From an uncultured Thermoplasmata archaeon (GTDB taxonomy: Archaea > Thermoplasmatota > Thermoplasmata > Halarchaeoplasmatales > Halarchaeoplasmataceae): a DNA stretch of 64,000 bases. Each line of letters starts with the position of its first letter. Position 1 is the first letter of the stretch. Under the pieces are notes generated by a model. The model was not told the DNA's origin, searched no databases, and saw only the letters and a list, made by a program, of their open reading frames with translations. Positions 44,380 through 54,943 of this stretch are shown here, in pieces. A program made the translations under genes and the position numbers. Location of the stretch: the NCBI GenBank assembly GCA_964516805.1, contig CAZEXI010000004.1:710-64709 (forward strand), given 5' to 3'.

Positions 44380-45579
44380 TCACATCACTCTTGTTTCAGA
44401 TGGTACATTTTCACGTATGACCTTTCCAGAAGTGATCTTACAATCTGCACCTATTATAACTCCAGATTCAGTAGTTACTCCACTACCGATTACTGTGTCT
44501 TCAGCAATCATACATCCTACATCTTTAATTTCATGTAAACCGTGTTCAGAGATTATGCTTGCATCAGATAGGTAAGTAGAGAAATTACTTCCAATATTAA
44601 CTCCAGTTCCTATAACTGAATTCTCAATTTTCGAACTTGGCTCTATGTTTATACCCTTCATCAACAATGAATTTTTGACCACTGTGAAAGGCGATATTTT
44701 AGAATCATTTCCAATACTAGTCGATGGAAGAATACAGGCCTGGGGTCCGATATCACAGTTTTCCCCGATCTTAACTGGACCTTCAATATATGTCCCTCCT
44801 CTAACTATCGTACCTTCTCCTATCTCTACATCACCTTTGATGATAACATTATCCTCAATAATACCCTCAACTGAATTTGGAACGTTCTGAAGTGCAGCAG
44901 AATTTACTTTTTGTAAATCCCAGGGATACACAGCATCTATCCAAGTAGATTTTGTGATTATACCCTTAACATCTTTACTTTTCATTACTCTAGTTACCAC
45001 TGTTGTTAGATCGTAAATTCTTTCCTCCATAGCTTCTTCTATGTGATCAAATATCTCAGGAGGGAATGAATATATTCCAGTCGATATTAGATTGCTTTCA
45101 CTTCTTTCTGGTTTCTCTATCAAGTCGCATAATTTACTATCATCTAGAGTACATACACCGTACTTTGAAGGTGTCTTACTTCTTGTAACAAGCAGAGTAT
45201 ATTCATCTTTTCCTTCTAATAAATCTTTTATAGTCTTATCTGAGATCACGTTATCTCCAGGCAGTACTAAAAATTCATCATCTATCTTCGCTCTAGCTTT
45301 ATGTAATGCGTGAGCAGTGCCACCTTGAGAAGGCTGTTTTCTCTGATATACATAGTCAATATTGGCATCAAAGTCTGATCCATCACCAAAATAAGACATT
45401 ATCTTTCTTCTCTTATAACCAACAACTATGACAATATCCGTGATACCATTTTCAACTAAAGATTCAACAACATATTGTAAAATCGGCTTATTAGCAACAG
45501 ATATCATCACTTTTGGCTCAGAGACAGTGAATGGACGTAATCTAGTACCTTCACCCGCAGCCAGAATAACTGCTTTCAT
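44380..45579 (-). CDS. glmU: Bifunctional sugar-1-phosphate nucleotidylyltransferase / acetyltransferase (archaeal GlmU-like)
   Basis: MKAVILAAGEGTRLRP N-terminus plus C-terminal left-handed beta-helix hexapeptide repeats. Confidence 0.75.
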   Translation of the reverse strand: MKAVILAAGEGTRLRPFTVSEPKVMISVANKPILQYVVESLVENGITDIVIVVGYKRRKIMSYFGDGSDFDANIDYVYQRKQPSQGGTAHALHKARAKIDDEFLVLPGDNVISDKTIKDLLEGKDEYTLLVTRSKTPSKYGVCTLDDSKLCDLIEKPERSESNLISTGIYSFPPEIFDHIEEAMEERIYDLTTVVTRVMKSKDVKGIITKSTWIDAVYPWDLQKVNSAALQNVPNSVEGIIEDNVIIKGDVEIGEGTIVRGGTYIEGPVKIGENCDIGPQACILPSTSIGNDSKISPFTVVKNSLLMKGINIEPSSKIENSVIGTGVNIGSNFSTYLSDASIISEHGLHEIKDVGCMIAEDTVIGSGVTTESGVIIGADCKITSGKVIRENVPSETRVM

Positions 45580-45617
45580 GCATAAGTATAAAGATTAGAT
45601 TAATTTAAGAGTTTTGA

Positions 45618-48479
45618 TTATTCGACATATATTGCTGGTTTTCTAGGCATGGCATGTTTGCTCTTGTTTACTGGGTCATATATGTTTTTTTCTCCAGCTT
45701 TGTATATTCTTATGGTTGTATCAAACTGTGATTCTAGGAATTTCTTGTTATTTTCCAACGTTTCATATTCATCAAACGAAATGCTCCATGTTTTTTTCTG
45801 CCCTTTTTCTCTGATTTCCTGAAGTACGTCCTGAACGAAGGACGAAAGTTGATTGGAAGGCGCATCTATCTTCTGTACTAATTCTCCCATTATTCCCATA
45901 CCTTTATCAGGATTATCGATGATCTCCTTCAAAGCCTCTTCTTTCCAGGATCCCGCTACATACAGGTGTATCTCTTCTCCTTTAACATCTGCTATATCCA
46001 ATATCTGTTTTATATCATCACTGACGTCTTTTAGATATTCCTCTTTAGCTTCTGCTATTTCTGATATTAAATCTTCATTTACTTCCGGTAAACTTTGTTC
46101 CGTCACAAACTCAGTATCGAATTTACTGCTCAACTCTTCCGCGATATGTGGTGTGAAGGGAGCAATCATTTTTACCCATTTCTTCCCTATTCGTTTCAAA
46201 AGTGCTCCGTTCACGCCTCCTCTATTAAAGTACCATTCTATTTCAGAAGGAATATCGTAAAACACAACATTAGCTCCTTTCCTTATCTCCTGATCTTCCA
46301 TTATATCGTAATATTCTCTCATGAGAACGTTGAATCTAGATTCCAAGTATTCATCAACAGATGATTCTTCTCCTTCAGTGTCGAACATCTTATTGACCAG
46401 ATCCCATATACTTCTGAGTTTTTTTCTGTAATTGAACGCTTCTTTCTCACTCCAATCCTTATCAACAAAAGGACTAGATGAATGAGCGTAGAACAAACGC
46501 AGGGTATCTACTCCGTACTTCTCAGCAGCATCCTGGATAGGTTCAGCTCCACCTTTTGATTTAGATATCTTTCCGCCTTTACCTACTAACCACCAATTGA
46601 CAAAAATTCCTTGAGGCCAGTTTTCTTCATTTAGTATACCAACATGATTCATTAGGAACACAGGGAAGTGTACCGTCATGTGTTCTTTACCACCCAGGTT
46701 CAGATCGAGTGGATACCAGTACTCGAAATCTTTTCTAGCTTTCTCTATCTTATCTTTTTCTAAACCAGTCTTTTTAGATACCTTTTCAACATCTCCTCTT
46801 CCAAGATAAACGTAATCAAAGAATTCTTCTGTCATCTGTTCTGCTTTTATTTTACCTTCATTATAGTGCTTAGCAAGGATATAATATGCTGGATACAAGG
46901 TTGAATCCGCTATAGCCTCGATCACCCATTTTTCATCGAACGGAAATTCTGTACCCATCCAATTACCCATCCTAGCACAGGAACGATCCTGAAACCATTC
47001 TATAGTATCTGGGAGGTTGTCTGCATAACTCTGAGGTTTTATGTTCATATTTTCAGCATGTCTTTTACTTTCTTTTGTCAATTCATCATCAGAGTACTGG
47101 ATGAACCATTGATCCGGAATCTTTCCAACTACTACTTTCCCACCACATCTGCATATCACTTCTTCAGAAAGATCGTACATGATGTCCGCTTCACCAGATT
47201 CGATCATATCATCCTTGACCATATCCTTAGCTTCCTGTACTCTCATCCCCTCATACTCTTCACATGAACCCAGCATAGTTCCTGTGTGAAATCCAGCTTT
47301 GTAAATCTTCTGGGTAGCCTCTTCCAGTTTTTCTTCTTCCTCCTGACTCCCTATTTCCATCTCATCTATGATCTTCTCTGCAGGATTTCTACCCCATTCA
47401 TCAGAATCTATGATAGCTATCGGTTCTACATCTTTTATCTTTTCTTTTAAATCAAACGTTTCCAATAACTCGTCATCTTCCTTGATATCCTTCAAGGCTA
47501 TCCAATCATAAGGAGCATCACTTGGTACGCTTGTTACGATACCCGTTCCAACGTCTGGATCTGTGAAAGTAGCTGGTAAAATTATGATGTCACGATGTAT
47601 GGCAGGTGCGGTTGCATAATCACCTATCATCTCCTCTCCCCTGATCGTATCAACGACTTCGATATCGTCTTTTTGATAACTCAATTTATCAGCAGCTTCT
47701 TCACTCAGTATCCACTCTTCGTCATCGATCTTAGCGATTACGTATTCTTCCTCAGGATCGACCCATAGATTCGTTTGTCCAAACACAGTTTCAGGTCTCA
47801 GTGTTGCCGCTGTTATGTATCTATCTCCATACTCGAACTTGAGAAGCGTGTATTCATGCTTTTCAGCATTACCACCTTTTTGAAGATCAGTTTCAGAGGG
47901 ATCGACAGCCACAGGACCACATTCAACACATTCGGTTCCGAAATATGGTTTCTGAGTGAGTAAATCATTCTCCTTTAATTTCTTGAACTGCCATTTTATG
48001 AACTGTTTGTAATCATCTCTAATAGTATATGTGAAATAATCAAAATCTATACTTATACCAAATTTCTTCCAATATTTTTCTTTATAGACTTCGTTGAAGT
48101 AATCGACCAACTCCATGGGATCCTTTAATCTCTCTATCTCTTCTTCAGTAGCACCGTTCCTTTTCATGTAGTCGATCTTATCTTGATTTCCATCTTCTAT
48201 TTGTTTTGCTAAACTTATAGCTTGATTTCCAGTAGGATGTGTTCCTGCAGGGAATAGTACATTGTAACCTTCCATCTTCTTGTATCTAGCAATTATATCT
48301 GTATAACTATAACATCTCATATGACCTAGATGAAGAAAACCTGAGATTCCCGGATATGCGAATATCAGATAAAACGGCTCTTTGGATTCATCTACTTCGG
48401 TTTTATAGACACCATTCTCCTGCCATCTCTGCTGCCACTTTTCTTCGATCTCCACGGGGTCGTACTCGCTCATACTCAA
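45618..48479 (-). CDS. leuS: Leucine--tRNA ligase, archaeal type
   Basis: 953 aa. HLGH and KISKSKG class I motifs, an editing-domain insertion and an archaeal-type C-terminal extension. Confidence 0.9.
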   Translation of the reverse strand: MSMSEYDPVEIEEKWQQRWQENGVYKTEVDESKEPFYLIFAYPGISGFLHLGHMRCYSYTDIIARYKKMEGYNVLFPAGTHPTGNQAISLAKQIEDGNQDKIDYMKRNGATEEEIERLKDPMELVDYFNEVYKEKYWKKFGISIDFDYFTYTIRDDYKQFIKWQFKKLKENDLLTQKPYFGTECVECGPVAVDPSETDLQKGGNAEKHEYTLLKFEYGDRYITAATLRPETVFGQTNLWVDPEEEYVIAKIDDEEWILSEEAADKLSYQKDDIEVVDTIRGEEMIGDYATAPAIHRDIIILPATFTDPDVGTGIVTSVPSDAPYDWIALKDIKEDDELLETFDLKEKIKDVEPIAIIDSDEWGRNPAEKIIDEMEIGSQEEEEKLEEATQKIYKAGFHTGTMLGSCEEYEGMRVQEAKDMVKDDMIESGEADIMYDLSEEVICRCGGKVVVGKIPDQWFIQYSDDELTKESKRHAENMNIKPQSYADNLPDTIEWFQDRSCARMGNWMGTEFPFDEKWVIEAIADSTLYPAYYILAKHYNEGKIKAEQMTEEFFDYVYLGRGDVEKVSKKTGLEKDKIEKARKDFEYWYPLDLNLGGKEHMTVHFPVFLMNHVGILNEENWPQGIFVNWWLVGKGGKISKSKGGAEPIQDAAEKYGVDTLRLFYAHSSSPFVDKDWSEKEAFNYRKKLRSIWDLVNKMFDTEGEESSVDEYLESRFNVLMREYYDIMEDQEIRKGANVVFYDIPSEIEWYFNRGGVNGALLKRIGKKWVKMIAPFTPHIAEELSSKFDTEFVTEQSLPEVNEDLISEIAEAKEEYLKDVSDDIKQILDIADVKGEEIHLYVAGSWKEEALKEIIDNPDKGMGIMGELVQKIDAPSNQLSSFVQDVLQEIREKGQKKTWSISFDEYETLENNKKFLESQFDTTIRIYKAGEKNIYDPVNKSKHAMPRKPAIYVE

Positions 48480-48513
48480 GCGAAATATAGTTGTTTATTT
48501 AAAACCTTTCGAA

Positions 48514-49776
48514 TCATCTAGATAATTTATCCATGATACCTTTCTTTTTACCTATCCTCCCAGTTATCAACCTATCGCTTTTGAATATCCAAACAGCTAC
48601 AGCTATCATAACCAAAGAAAATAGAGCCACATAGATTATACCAGCTATCACCAGCATGTAATCCCCGAACATCAGTGATCTCATGGCCAAGATCGGATGA
48701 GAGAAAGGAATCGCGAACATCGCTCCCTTCATCAACATGGGTAGATTGTTAAAATCAGTGAACATGAACACAAACATCGGTACCATGGCAAGTGCTGTGA
48801 TGGGAAATAGAAGAGTTTGTGCAGATTTGTAATTCTTAGCAAATGTTCCCATTATCAAACTCAAAGCTAATCCAGCGAGTAATGCTACGAAGAGTGATAT
48901 GCCTACAAGGACATAATCAAAAACACCGAGACTTAAACCATAATTAGCCAGATCCAGTTCCGTAGTTTGAAAGGACTGCATGTAGTACCCAAATCCTATC
49001 ATGTAAACAACGGCCATCATCAAACCGATAACCGCTGCTCCGATCAATTTGCCAGCTACTATCGAACTCCTCTTTATAGGTAGTGTAAGCAATGTTTCTA
49101 ATGTTTTATCTTCTTTTTCCATCCCCATCGATGAAATCACAGTGCCCCCTGCCATCATTATAAGCATCATAGTCACTATCGGTACCATTATCGATTGTGT
49201 TGAAAGCAGGCCACTTATCGTAGAAGGCGATACATCATCCATCCTTTTCCCTTTGAAGATGGTTGTTTCATTTCTAACTGTAGGATGCAGTATTTGACCC
49301 GGTTCAGCACCAGTTTTATTTTCTATCAATGATTGAGATATATGCTGATCTATACTCGTTATCAAGTTGTTTACAACTTCAGAGGAAACAGAATCCATCA
49401 ACCCTGCGCCTTTCATTATCCAGAATATACGGATTGTTGTGGTTGAGTTATGTTCTATGCTGTGAGTGAAATTGGACGGTATCTCCAGCACAGCAGTGCC
49501 ATCCTTATCAGTTACGTAACCTATTCCTGTATCTATATCACTACCATTATACACGATCTTTGAATTTTGATCTAAAACTGATACAGCTAAATCAGAATAA
49601 TTACCCGAATCATTATTGATCAAACCTATAACTGGTCTTTCTTCTAACTCTTCTTCAAAACTCCCCATCATGTTACCTATGGAAGCAAAAACTAGAGCAA
49701 TAACAACAACAGGAACTATGGTAGAAGGGGTCAATAACTCTTTGACCTCTTTCTTTATAATATTTATAAGACTCAT
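48514..49776 (-). CDS. ABC-2 type transporter permease
   Basis: 420 aa. N-terminal TM, large extracytoplasmic loop and a C-terminal five-TM bundle. ATGA overlap with the ATPase gene. Confidence 0.7.
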   Translation of the reverse strand: MSLINIIKKEVKELLTPSTIVPVVVIALVFASIGNMMGSFEEELEERPVIGLINNDSGNYSDLAVSVLDQNSKIVYNGSDIDTGIGYVTDKDGTAVLEIPSNFTHSIEHNSTTTIRIFWIMKGAGLMDSVSSEVVNNLITSIDQHISQSLIENKTGAEPGQILHPTVRNETTIFKGKRMDDVSPSTISGLLSTQSIMVPIVTMMLIMMAGGTVISSMGMEKEDKTLETLLTLPIKRSSIVAGKLIGAAVIGLMMAVVYMIGFGYYMQSFQTTELDLANYGLSLGVFDYVLVGISLFVALLAGLALSLIMGTFAKNYKSAQTLLFPITALAMVPMFVFMFTDFNNLPMLMKGAMFAIPFSHPILAMRSLMFGDYMLVIAGIIYVALFSLVMIAVAVWIFKSDRLITGRIGKKKGIMDKLSR

Positions 49777-50495
49777 TTTACCACCTTCGTAAATACTTCT
49801 TCGATGTTTTCTGCTTCGTATCGTTTCTTTAGCCTTTTTGGAGTTCCATGTTCTACAATTCTACCTTCGTCTATCAGTGCTATTCTATCACACATATAAT
49901 CTACTTCTAACATATTATGTGAAGATAACAGAACAGTTGTACCTTCCTTAGCATAGTTCTTGATTATCTGCCTGACCTCTCTAGCATTCACCACATCTAA
50001 TCCCGAAGTGGGTTCATCTAAAATAGCTAATTTAGGATCTATCATCAAAGCCCGCCCTATCAATAATCTTCTTTTCATGCCTTTACTATATGTATCTACT
50101 TTGTCATCGATCCTATCGCCTAAATCAGCTATACTGACGCCTTTCTCGACTTTTGCCTTAGTTCTGTCTTTTCCATCGAAAAATTTTGCTATGAATTCTA
50201 GATACTCTTTACCCGACAAATTCTTGTAAGCACCTGCATCTTCAGGTAGATAACTAATTATCTCTCTAACTTTATCTGGCTGCTTTTCAACATCATTACC
50301 AAAAACATCTATCGATCCTTCTGTTATCTGAAGCAGAGTCGAGATTATTCTGAGTGTTGTTGTTTTCCCAGCTCCATTTGGTCCGATCAAACCGAATATT
50401 TCACCCTCTTTTACTGAAAATGAGATGCCTTTTACAGCTTCGAAATTTCCATATTTTTTTACTAGATCATTTATCTCAACAGAGTTTTTCATCAT
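49773..50495 (-). CDS. ABC transporter ATP-binding protein
   Basis: GPNGAGKTT, YSKGMKRRL and LDEPTSGLD motifs. Confidence 0.9.
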   Translation of the reverse strand: MMKNSVEINDLVKKYGNFEAVKGISFSVKEGEIFGLIGPNGAGKTTTLRIISTLLQITEGSIDVFGNDVEKQPDKVREIISYLPEDAGAYKNLSGKEYLEFIAKFFDGKDRTKAKVEKGVSIADLGDRIDDKVDTYSKGMKRRLLIGRALMIDPKLAILDEPTSGLDVVNAREVRQIIKNYAKEGTTVLLSSHNMLEVDYMCDRIALIDEGRIVEHGTPKRLKKRYEAENIEEVFTKVVK

Positions 50496-50620
50496 AACCC
50501 TCGCATATTAAATATGACATTAGATTTTAGAATGTATATTTAAACATATCTTTGTTTTTTAAATAAACAGCCTAAAAGCTTATTTAACCAAAAATATTAG
50601 TTACATCTAAGTGAAGCTAA

Positions 50621-51382
50621 ATGATCGAGACGAAGAAGCTCTACAAAAGTTTCGGAAATACAGCAGCTGTAAATCACTTGGACTTCAAAGTAGATGATAG
50701 CGAGATCTATGGACTATTAGGTCCCAATGGCAGTGGAAAAAGTACGACCATGAAGATACTTACAGGTATATTGAAACCAACAGGAGGACAGGCATTTATC
50801 AACGGTATAAATGTAGCAGAAAATCCCAATAGAGTGAAAGAGATGGTTGGATATATCCCTGAAAGTCCAAATCTATATGAAAGTTTGACACCTAATGATC
50901 TGTTCAACATGGTTGGAGGAATAAGAAATATACCTGACGAAAAATTGAACAAGAGAGTGAATTATTTTGTCGATGCTTTCGCTCTTGAGGAGTATATGCA
51001 CCAGTTCATAGGTTCACTGAGCTTTGGAAATAAACAGAAAGTCTCGATCACGACTGCACTTCTTCATAATCCTTCAATACTGATAATGGACGAAGCTATG
51101 AACGGACTCGATCCGAAGATAGCTAGGATACTTAGAGAGATCTTATTTGAGTTCAAAGAAGACGGTAAAAGCATCATTTTCTCTACTCATGTATTACCTT
51201 TAGCTGAGATAGTTTGCGACAGGATGGGGGTCATAAACAGAGGTAAAATAATCGCGGAAGGAACTGTAGAGGAACTAAAAGAAAAATCACATGAAGGTAA
51301 TTTAGAAGATGTATTTTTAGAATTGACAAAAAGCAAAGATGAGGTTTCAACCGTGGTAAGTGCCCTTAAGGAAACTGAATAG
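50621..51382 (+). CDS. ABC transporter ATP-binding protein
   Basis: GPNGSGKST, LSFGNKQKV and IMDEAMNGLD motifs. Confidence 0.9.
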   Translation: MIETKKLYKSFGNTAAVNHLDFKVDDSEIYGLLGPNGSGKSTTMKILTGILKPTGGQAFINGINVAENPNRVKEMVGYIPESPNLYESLTPNDLFNMVGGIRNIPDEKLNKRVNYFVDAFALEEYMHQFIGSLSFGNKQKVSITTALLHNPSILIMDEAMNGLDPKIARILREILFEFKEDGKSIIFSTHVLPLAEIVCDRMGVINRGKIIAEGTVEELKEKSHEGNLEDVFLELTKSKDEVSTVVSALKETE

Positions 51383-51390
51383 GTGGTTAT

Positions 51391-52866
51391 TTGTTCGAAG
51401 TGATCAAGATACTGTATAGAGAACTACATTACCAGATGGTAAAAAGCAATCCGATGGTAGCTAATGACGAGAAAAAATTCGAGCAGCAGTTGAAGAAATC
51501 ATTGGACATGAAAAAAAATATTCTAAGACAATCATTCGGTTTTTTGTTCTTTGGCGTTTTCACCGCTTCAAGTATCTATATGGCTGATAGTGAATCCATG
51601 ATGATCGGAGTTCTATCCTCACTAGCTTTGATCCCACTAATCTTATCTATTTATCAAACAACTATTCAGGCTTCGTATTTTACATCGTTAGGCATATTTG
51701 AACCGTTGAAATCTCAACCGGTTAAACTTGGTGGAAGATATCTCAGTGGTGTTATATCAATAGACCTGTTACCTGGACTTATCATCGTGATCCCGAGTGC
51801 TATCGTATTGATAGTTAAAAGTCCACTTCACGGATTTTTAGCTCTTATGTGGCTACTTGTAGGAATATTGATAGGTCATACCATAGGTCTTGGAATTTTC
51901 TCAACATTTGGTTTAAAAATCAAAAACTATAAAGGTAAATTTGGATGGGCTAAAAATATCGGTAAAACTATCGGTCTTCTCTTGGTAATGGGTATGTTCT
52001 TTGCTGTGATATACCTGCAGGATTATATAGCACAGCAGAGTCAAATAATAACCAGCTATTCTTATGTTTATCCACTTTCTATAGCTTCTGTTTTTGATCC
52101 ATTGAATAGTGCATTATTATTGATCGGCCATCTGATAATCGTAGTACCACTCTATTTCTTTTTCATCAAAAAGGTTTGGTCAGGTATACTTGAACCTGAA
52201 GTCGTTACTGAAGGAAAGGTTGAAACCAGCTATAAAACTTCAGTGAAGAAACCGATCGCTTCGCTCATATACAAAGATTTTAGGATAATTAGCAGAAAAA
52301 CATCGATGATCGCTGGATTCCTATTACCTCTTTACATAATAATACCTCAGATCTTTATCGGCATCGAAGACGGAGCTATATCGATAACAGAAACTACCAC
52401 TTTTATGTTCATAGTTGGAGTGATGACTGTCGCTGGAGCTGATGCTATATTGAAGGTGGAAGGAAAGACCTTAGATTTCCTAAAGACTTTACCGATCTCA
52501 AAAAAACAGTTCGCCATGAGTAAAGCTGTCTCGATGTGTATAATACCTACGATCTTAGAGATGGCCGTTATAGGAGTAGGACTTTATTTTGATACACAGG
52601 TACTATACCTAGTTCCCTTGGCTCTTATCTTACCCTTCACTTCAGCACTTGTAACTATGGCGTATCTTTTCAGATATAAAGGTGACGATATAGGTACGCC
52701 AGAGTTCAACTACAAAAAGATGTTCATATTATTCATCATAGTCGGAGCACTGTTCGGAGTGATCGCACTACCTATATTTATCCTGGATATGCTACCAAGA
52801 TACTTCATCAGCTATGGGATCGCATTCATTTCAGCTTTCATGGTTTATAGATTCTTGAACAAATGA
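51391..52866 (+). CDS. Polytopic membrane protein, putative permease partner of the preceding ABC ATPase
   Basis: 491 aa with about 12 hydrophobic segments. TTG start 5 nt after an aggtgg SD and 8 nt after the ATPase stop. Confidence 0.55.
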   Translation: MFEVIKILYRELHYQMVKSNPMVANDEKKFEQQLKKSLDMKKNILRQSFGFLFFGVFTASSIYMADSESMMIGVLSSLALIPLILSIYQTTIQASYFTSLGIFEPLKSQPVKLGGRYLSGVISIDLLPGLIIVIPSAIVLIVKSPLHGFLALMWLLVGILIGHTIGLGIFSTFGLKIKNYKGKFGWAKNIGKTIGLLLVMGMFFAVIYLQDYIAQQSQIITSYSYVYPLSIASVFDPLNSALLLIGHLIIVVPLYFFFIKKVWSGILEPEVVTEGKVETSYKTSVKKPIASLIYKDFRIISRKTSMIAGFLLPLYIIIPQIFIGIEDGAISITETTTFMFIVGVMTVAGADAILKVEGKTLDFLKTLPISKKQFAMSKAVSMCIIPTILEMAVIGVGLYFDTQVLYLVPLALILPFTSALVTMAYLFRYKGDDIGTPEFNYKKMFILFIIVGALFGVIALPIFILDMLPRYFISYGIAFISAFMVYRFLNK

Positions 52867-52916
52867 AAATCCCACAAGATTTATTTATTCTAGATTATTT
52901 CTTCTAACTGATCATC

Positions 52917-53582
52917 ATGGTTAATACTCCAATTATAATAGTAAATTACAAGACTTATTCACAATCGGTAGGAGATAAGTCTGTAAAGCTTACAAACATA
53001 ATAGAAGATAATAAAGAAGCAAGCTGGTCAGTATGCCCTCAAACTGCAGACCTAAGAATGGTAGCTGATGAGACTGAAATCCCTATACTAGCACAACACG
53101 TAGATGGGATAGAACCTGGAAGCAATACTGGTCACGTTTTATGTGATACGATGAAAGAAGCAGGAGCAGTAGGAACTCTGATAAACCATTCAGAGAAGAG
53201 ACTTAAAATATCAGAAATAGAGAGAATAGTAGAAATATGTAAAGAAAAAGACCTGATGACAATTGTTTGTGCTAACAATCCAAAAGTTGCTGCAGCTGCT
53301 GCCGCGTTCTGTCCTGATTTCGTTGCTTATGAGCCTCCTGAATTGATAGGCGGGGATATTTCAGTGTCATCTGCTAAGCCAGAATTGATCCGTGAAGCCG
53401 TTGAAAAAGTCAAAGATGTTAACCCAAAAGTAGAAGTTCTCTGCGGTGCTGGTGTTAAAGATGGTAATGATGTAAAGAAAGCTTTAGAATTGGGTACTAA
53501 GGGTGTTTTATTGGCATCTGGATTGGTAAAATCCGATAATCCGGTTGAGGTAATAAAAGATCTTGAATCCGGGATTCAGTGA
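52917..53582 (+). CDS. tpiA: Triosephosphate isomerase, short archaeal form
   Basis: 221 aa. IIVNYKTY, LINHSEKR and AYEPPELIGG motifs. Confidence 0.9.
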   Translation: MVNTPIIIVNYKTYSQSVGDKSVKLTNIIEDNKEASWSVCPQTADLRMVADETEIPILAQHVDGIEPGSNTGHVLCDTMKEAGAVGTLINHSEKRLKISEIERIVEICKEKDLMTIVCANNPKVAAAAAAFCPDFVAYEPPELIGGDISVSSAKPELIREAVEKVKDVNPKVEVLCGAGVKDGNDVKKALELGTKGVLLASGLVKSDNPVEVIKDLESGIQ

Positions 53583-54659
53583 TCATTCCACATCTAATGC
53601 CTCTTCCGGACATATCTCAGAACAGCAGTAACATCTTATACATTTCCACCAGCTTATCTTTGGACCATATTCTTTCATAGTTATAGCATCTTTTGGACAG
53701 ATGTCCATGCATTTGGCACATCTGATACATCTTTCTTTATCTAACTCAGGTCTATCTAGATAAAGTTTAGCTAAAAGGCTCGCTAAAGAACCAGGGGCCC
53801 ACCATGGTGTAGAACCTCCTTTCGGATATTCAAAACTATAATTAAAATCATCTGGAATCAATTTTACATATTCTATCTCTTCTGGGTTGAAATCAGACCT
53901 CCCTATAGTTTCCACTTTCTGGACAGGTATCCCTACAGACTTGCAAGCTGCATAATCCAGTGCAATTCCATCTTCTGAAGCTAAGATCATATTTGTTTCA
54001 ACCGGATGGCCAGAGGCAGGACCAGAACCCTCCATGGCCCATATTCCATCCATAATTGAAATACGTGGATTTACCATCGAGTATACATCTAACAACATAT
54101 CTGAAAAATCCGTCAATCCTTTAAATGTACCATGATAAGCTGATTTTGTAAGACCATGAACTATACCAAATGTATTTTTGACAGCTCCTGTAAATACCGT
54201 AAGATTATGTGTCTTCAATTTAGGAAGGTTAATTACCCCGTCCACCTCGCTAAATGTTTCTATAGTAGAAAATGATTTTTTTATTCTCCCTGAAGGATGG
54301 CTAGTCTTTACTTCATCAGTATTATACATGAGTGTTGCTCTTGTTTCCTCTTCTATTTTATCCCATCCAGATTTCTCATAAGCTTTTTTTAAACTTCTTT
54401 CCGACATCGGCCCTCCAGGACTGTCTCCAACGATTATATCGATGTCTTTCTCTTCCAGTATTTTAACAACTGCTATTATAAAATCGGGATGTGTAGCTAT
54501 AACTCTCTCTGGAGGAGAGCCTTGAAGCATATTTGGATTTACTAGTATCTTTTCCCCATCATTTACAAATTTGTCTATTCCACCTAGCTTTTCAAAAGCA
54601 TCCCTTATTACACGCTCTGAATCCTCATAATCTTTACATCGATCTATGAAAACTTTCAT
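53583..54659 (-). CDS. DUF362 domain protein with C-terminal 2x[4Fe-4S] ferredoxin domain
   Basis: A DUF362-like body, then CIRCAKCMDICP and CIRCYCCSEICP cluster motifs. Start set at MKVFIDRC. Confidence 0.7.
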   Translation of the reverse strand: MKVFIDRCKDYEDSERVIRDAFEKLGGIDKFVNDGEKILVNPNMLQGSPPERVIATHPDFIIAVVKILEEKDIDIIVGDSPGGPMSERSLKKAYEKSGWDKIEEETRATLMYNTDEVKTSHPSGRIKKSFSTIETFSEVDGVINLPKLKTHNLTVFTGAVKNTFGIVHGLTKSAYHGTFKGLTDFSDMLLDVYSMVNPRISIMDGIWAMEGSGPASGHPVETNMILASEDGIALDYAACKSVGIPVQKVETIGRSDFNPEEIEYVKLIPDDFNYSFEYPKGGSTPWWAPGSLASLLAKLYLDRPELDKERCIRCAKCMDICPKDAITMKEYGPKISWWKCIRCYCCSEICPEEALDVE

Positions 54660-54706
54660 TGATAATACCCACAACGTTTATATTATAAGTATTTGTAGGA
54701 AATTGT

Positions 54707-54943
54707 ATGTGCCTAGCAGTACCAGGTAAGATCGAATCCATCGATGGTGACAATGCCAAGATAGATTTTGGTGGAGTCACCAGAAAAGCTAACATATCGT
54801 TAGTCGATGCTGAAGTGGGTGACTACGTTATAGTCCACGCAGGTTACGCAATAGAACAATTAGATGAAGAGGAAGCAAAGAAAAGTCTGGATGCGTGGGA
54901 CCAAGTAATCGAAGCACAACAGCAGATGGAAAAAGAAGCTTAA
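54707..54943 (+). CDS. hypC: [NiFe]-hydrogenase maturation chaperone HypC/HupF family
   Basis: 78 aa. The MCLAVPGKI N-terminus with the essential Cys2 is diagnostic. Confidence 0.85.
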   Translation: MCLAVPGKIESIDGDNAKIDFGGVTRKANISLVDAEVGDYVIVHAGYAIEQLDEEEAKKSLDAWDQVIEAQQQMEKEA

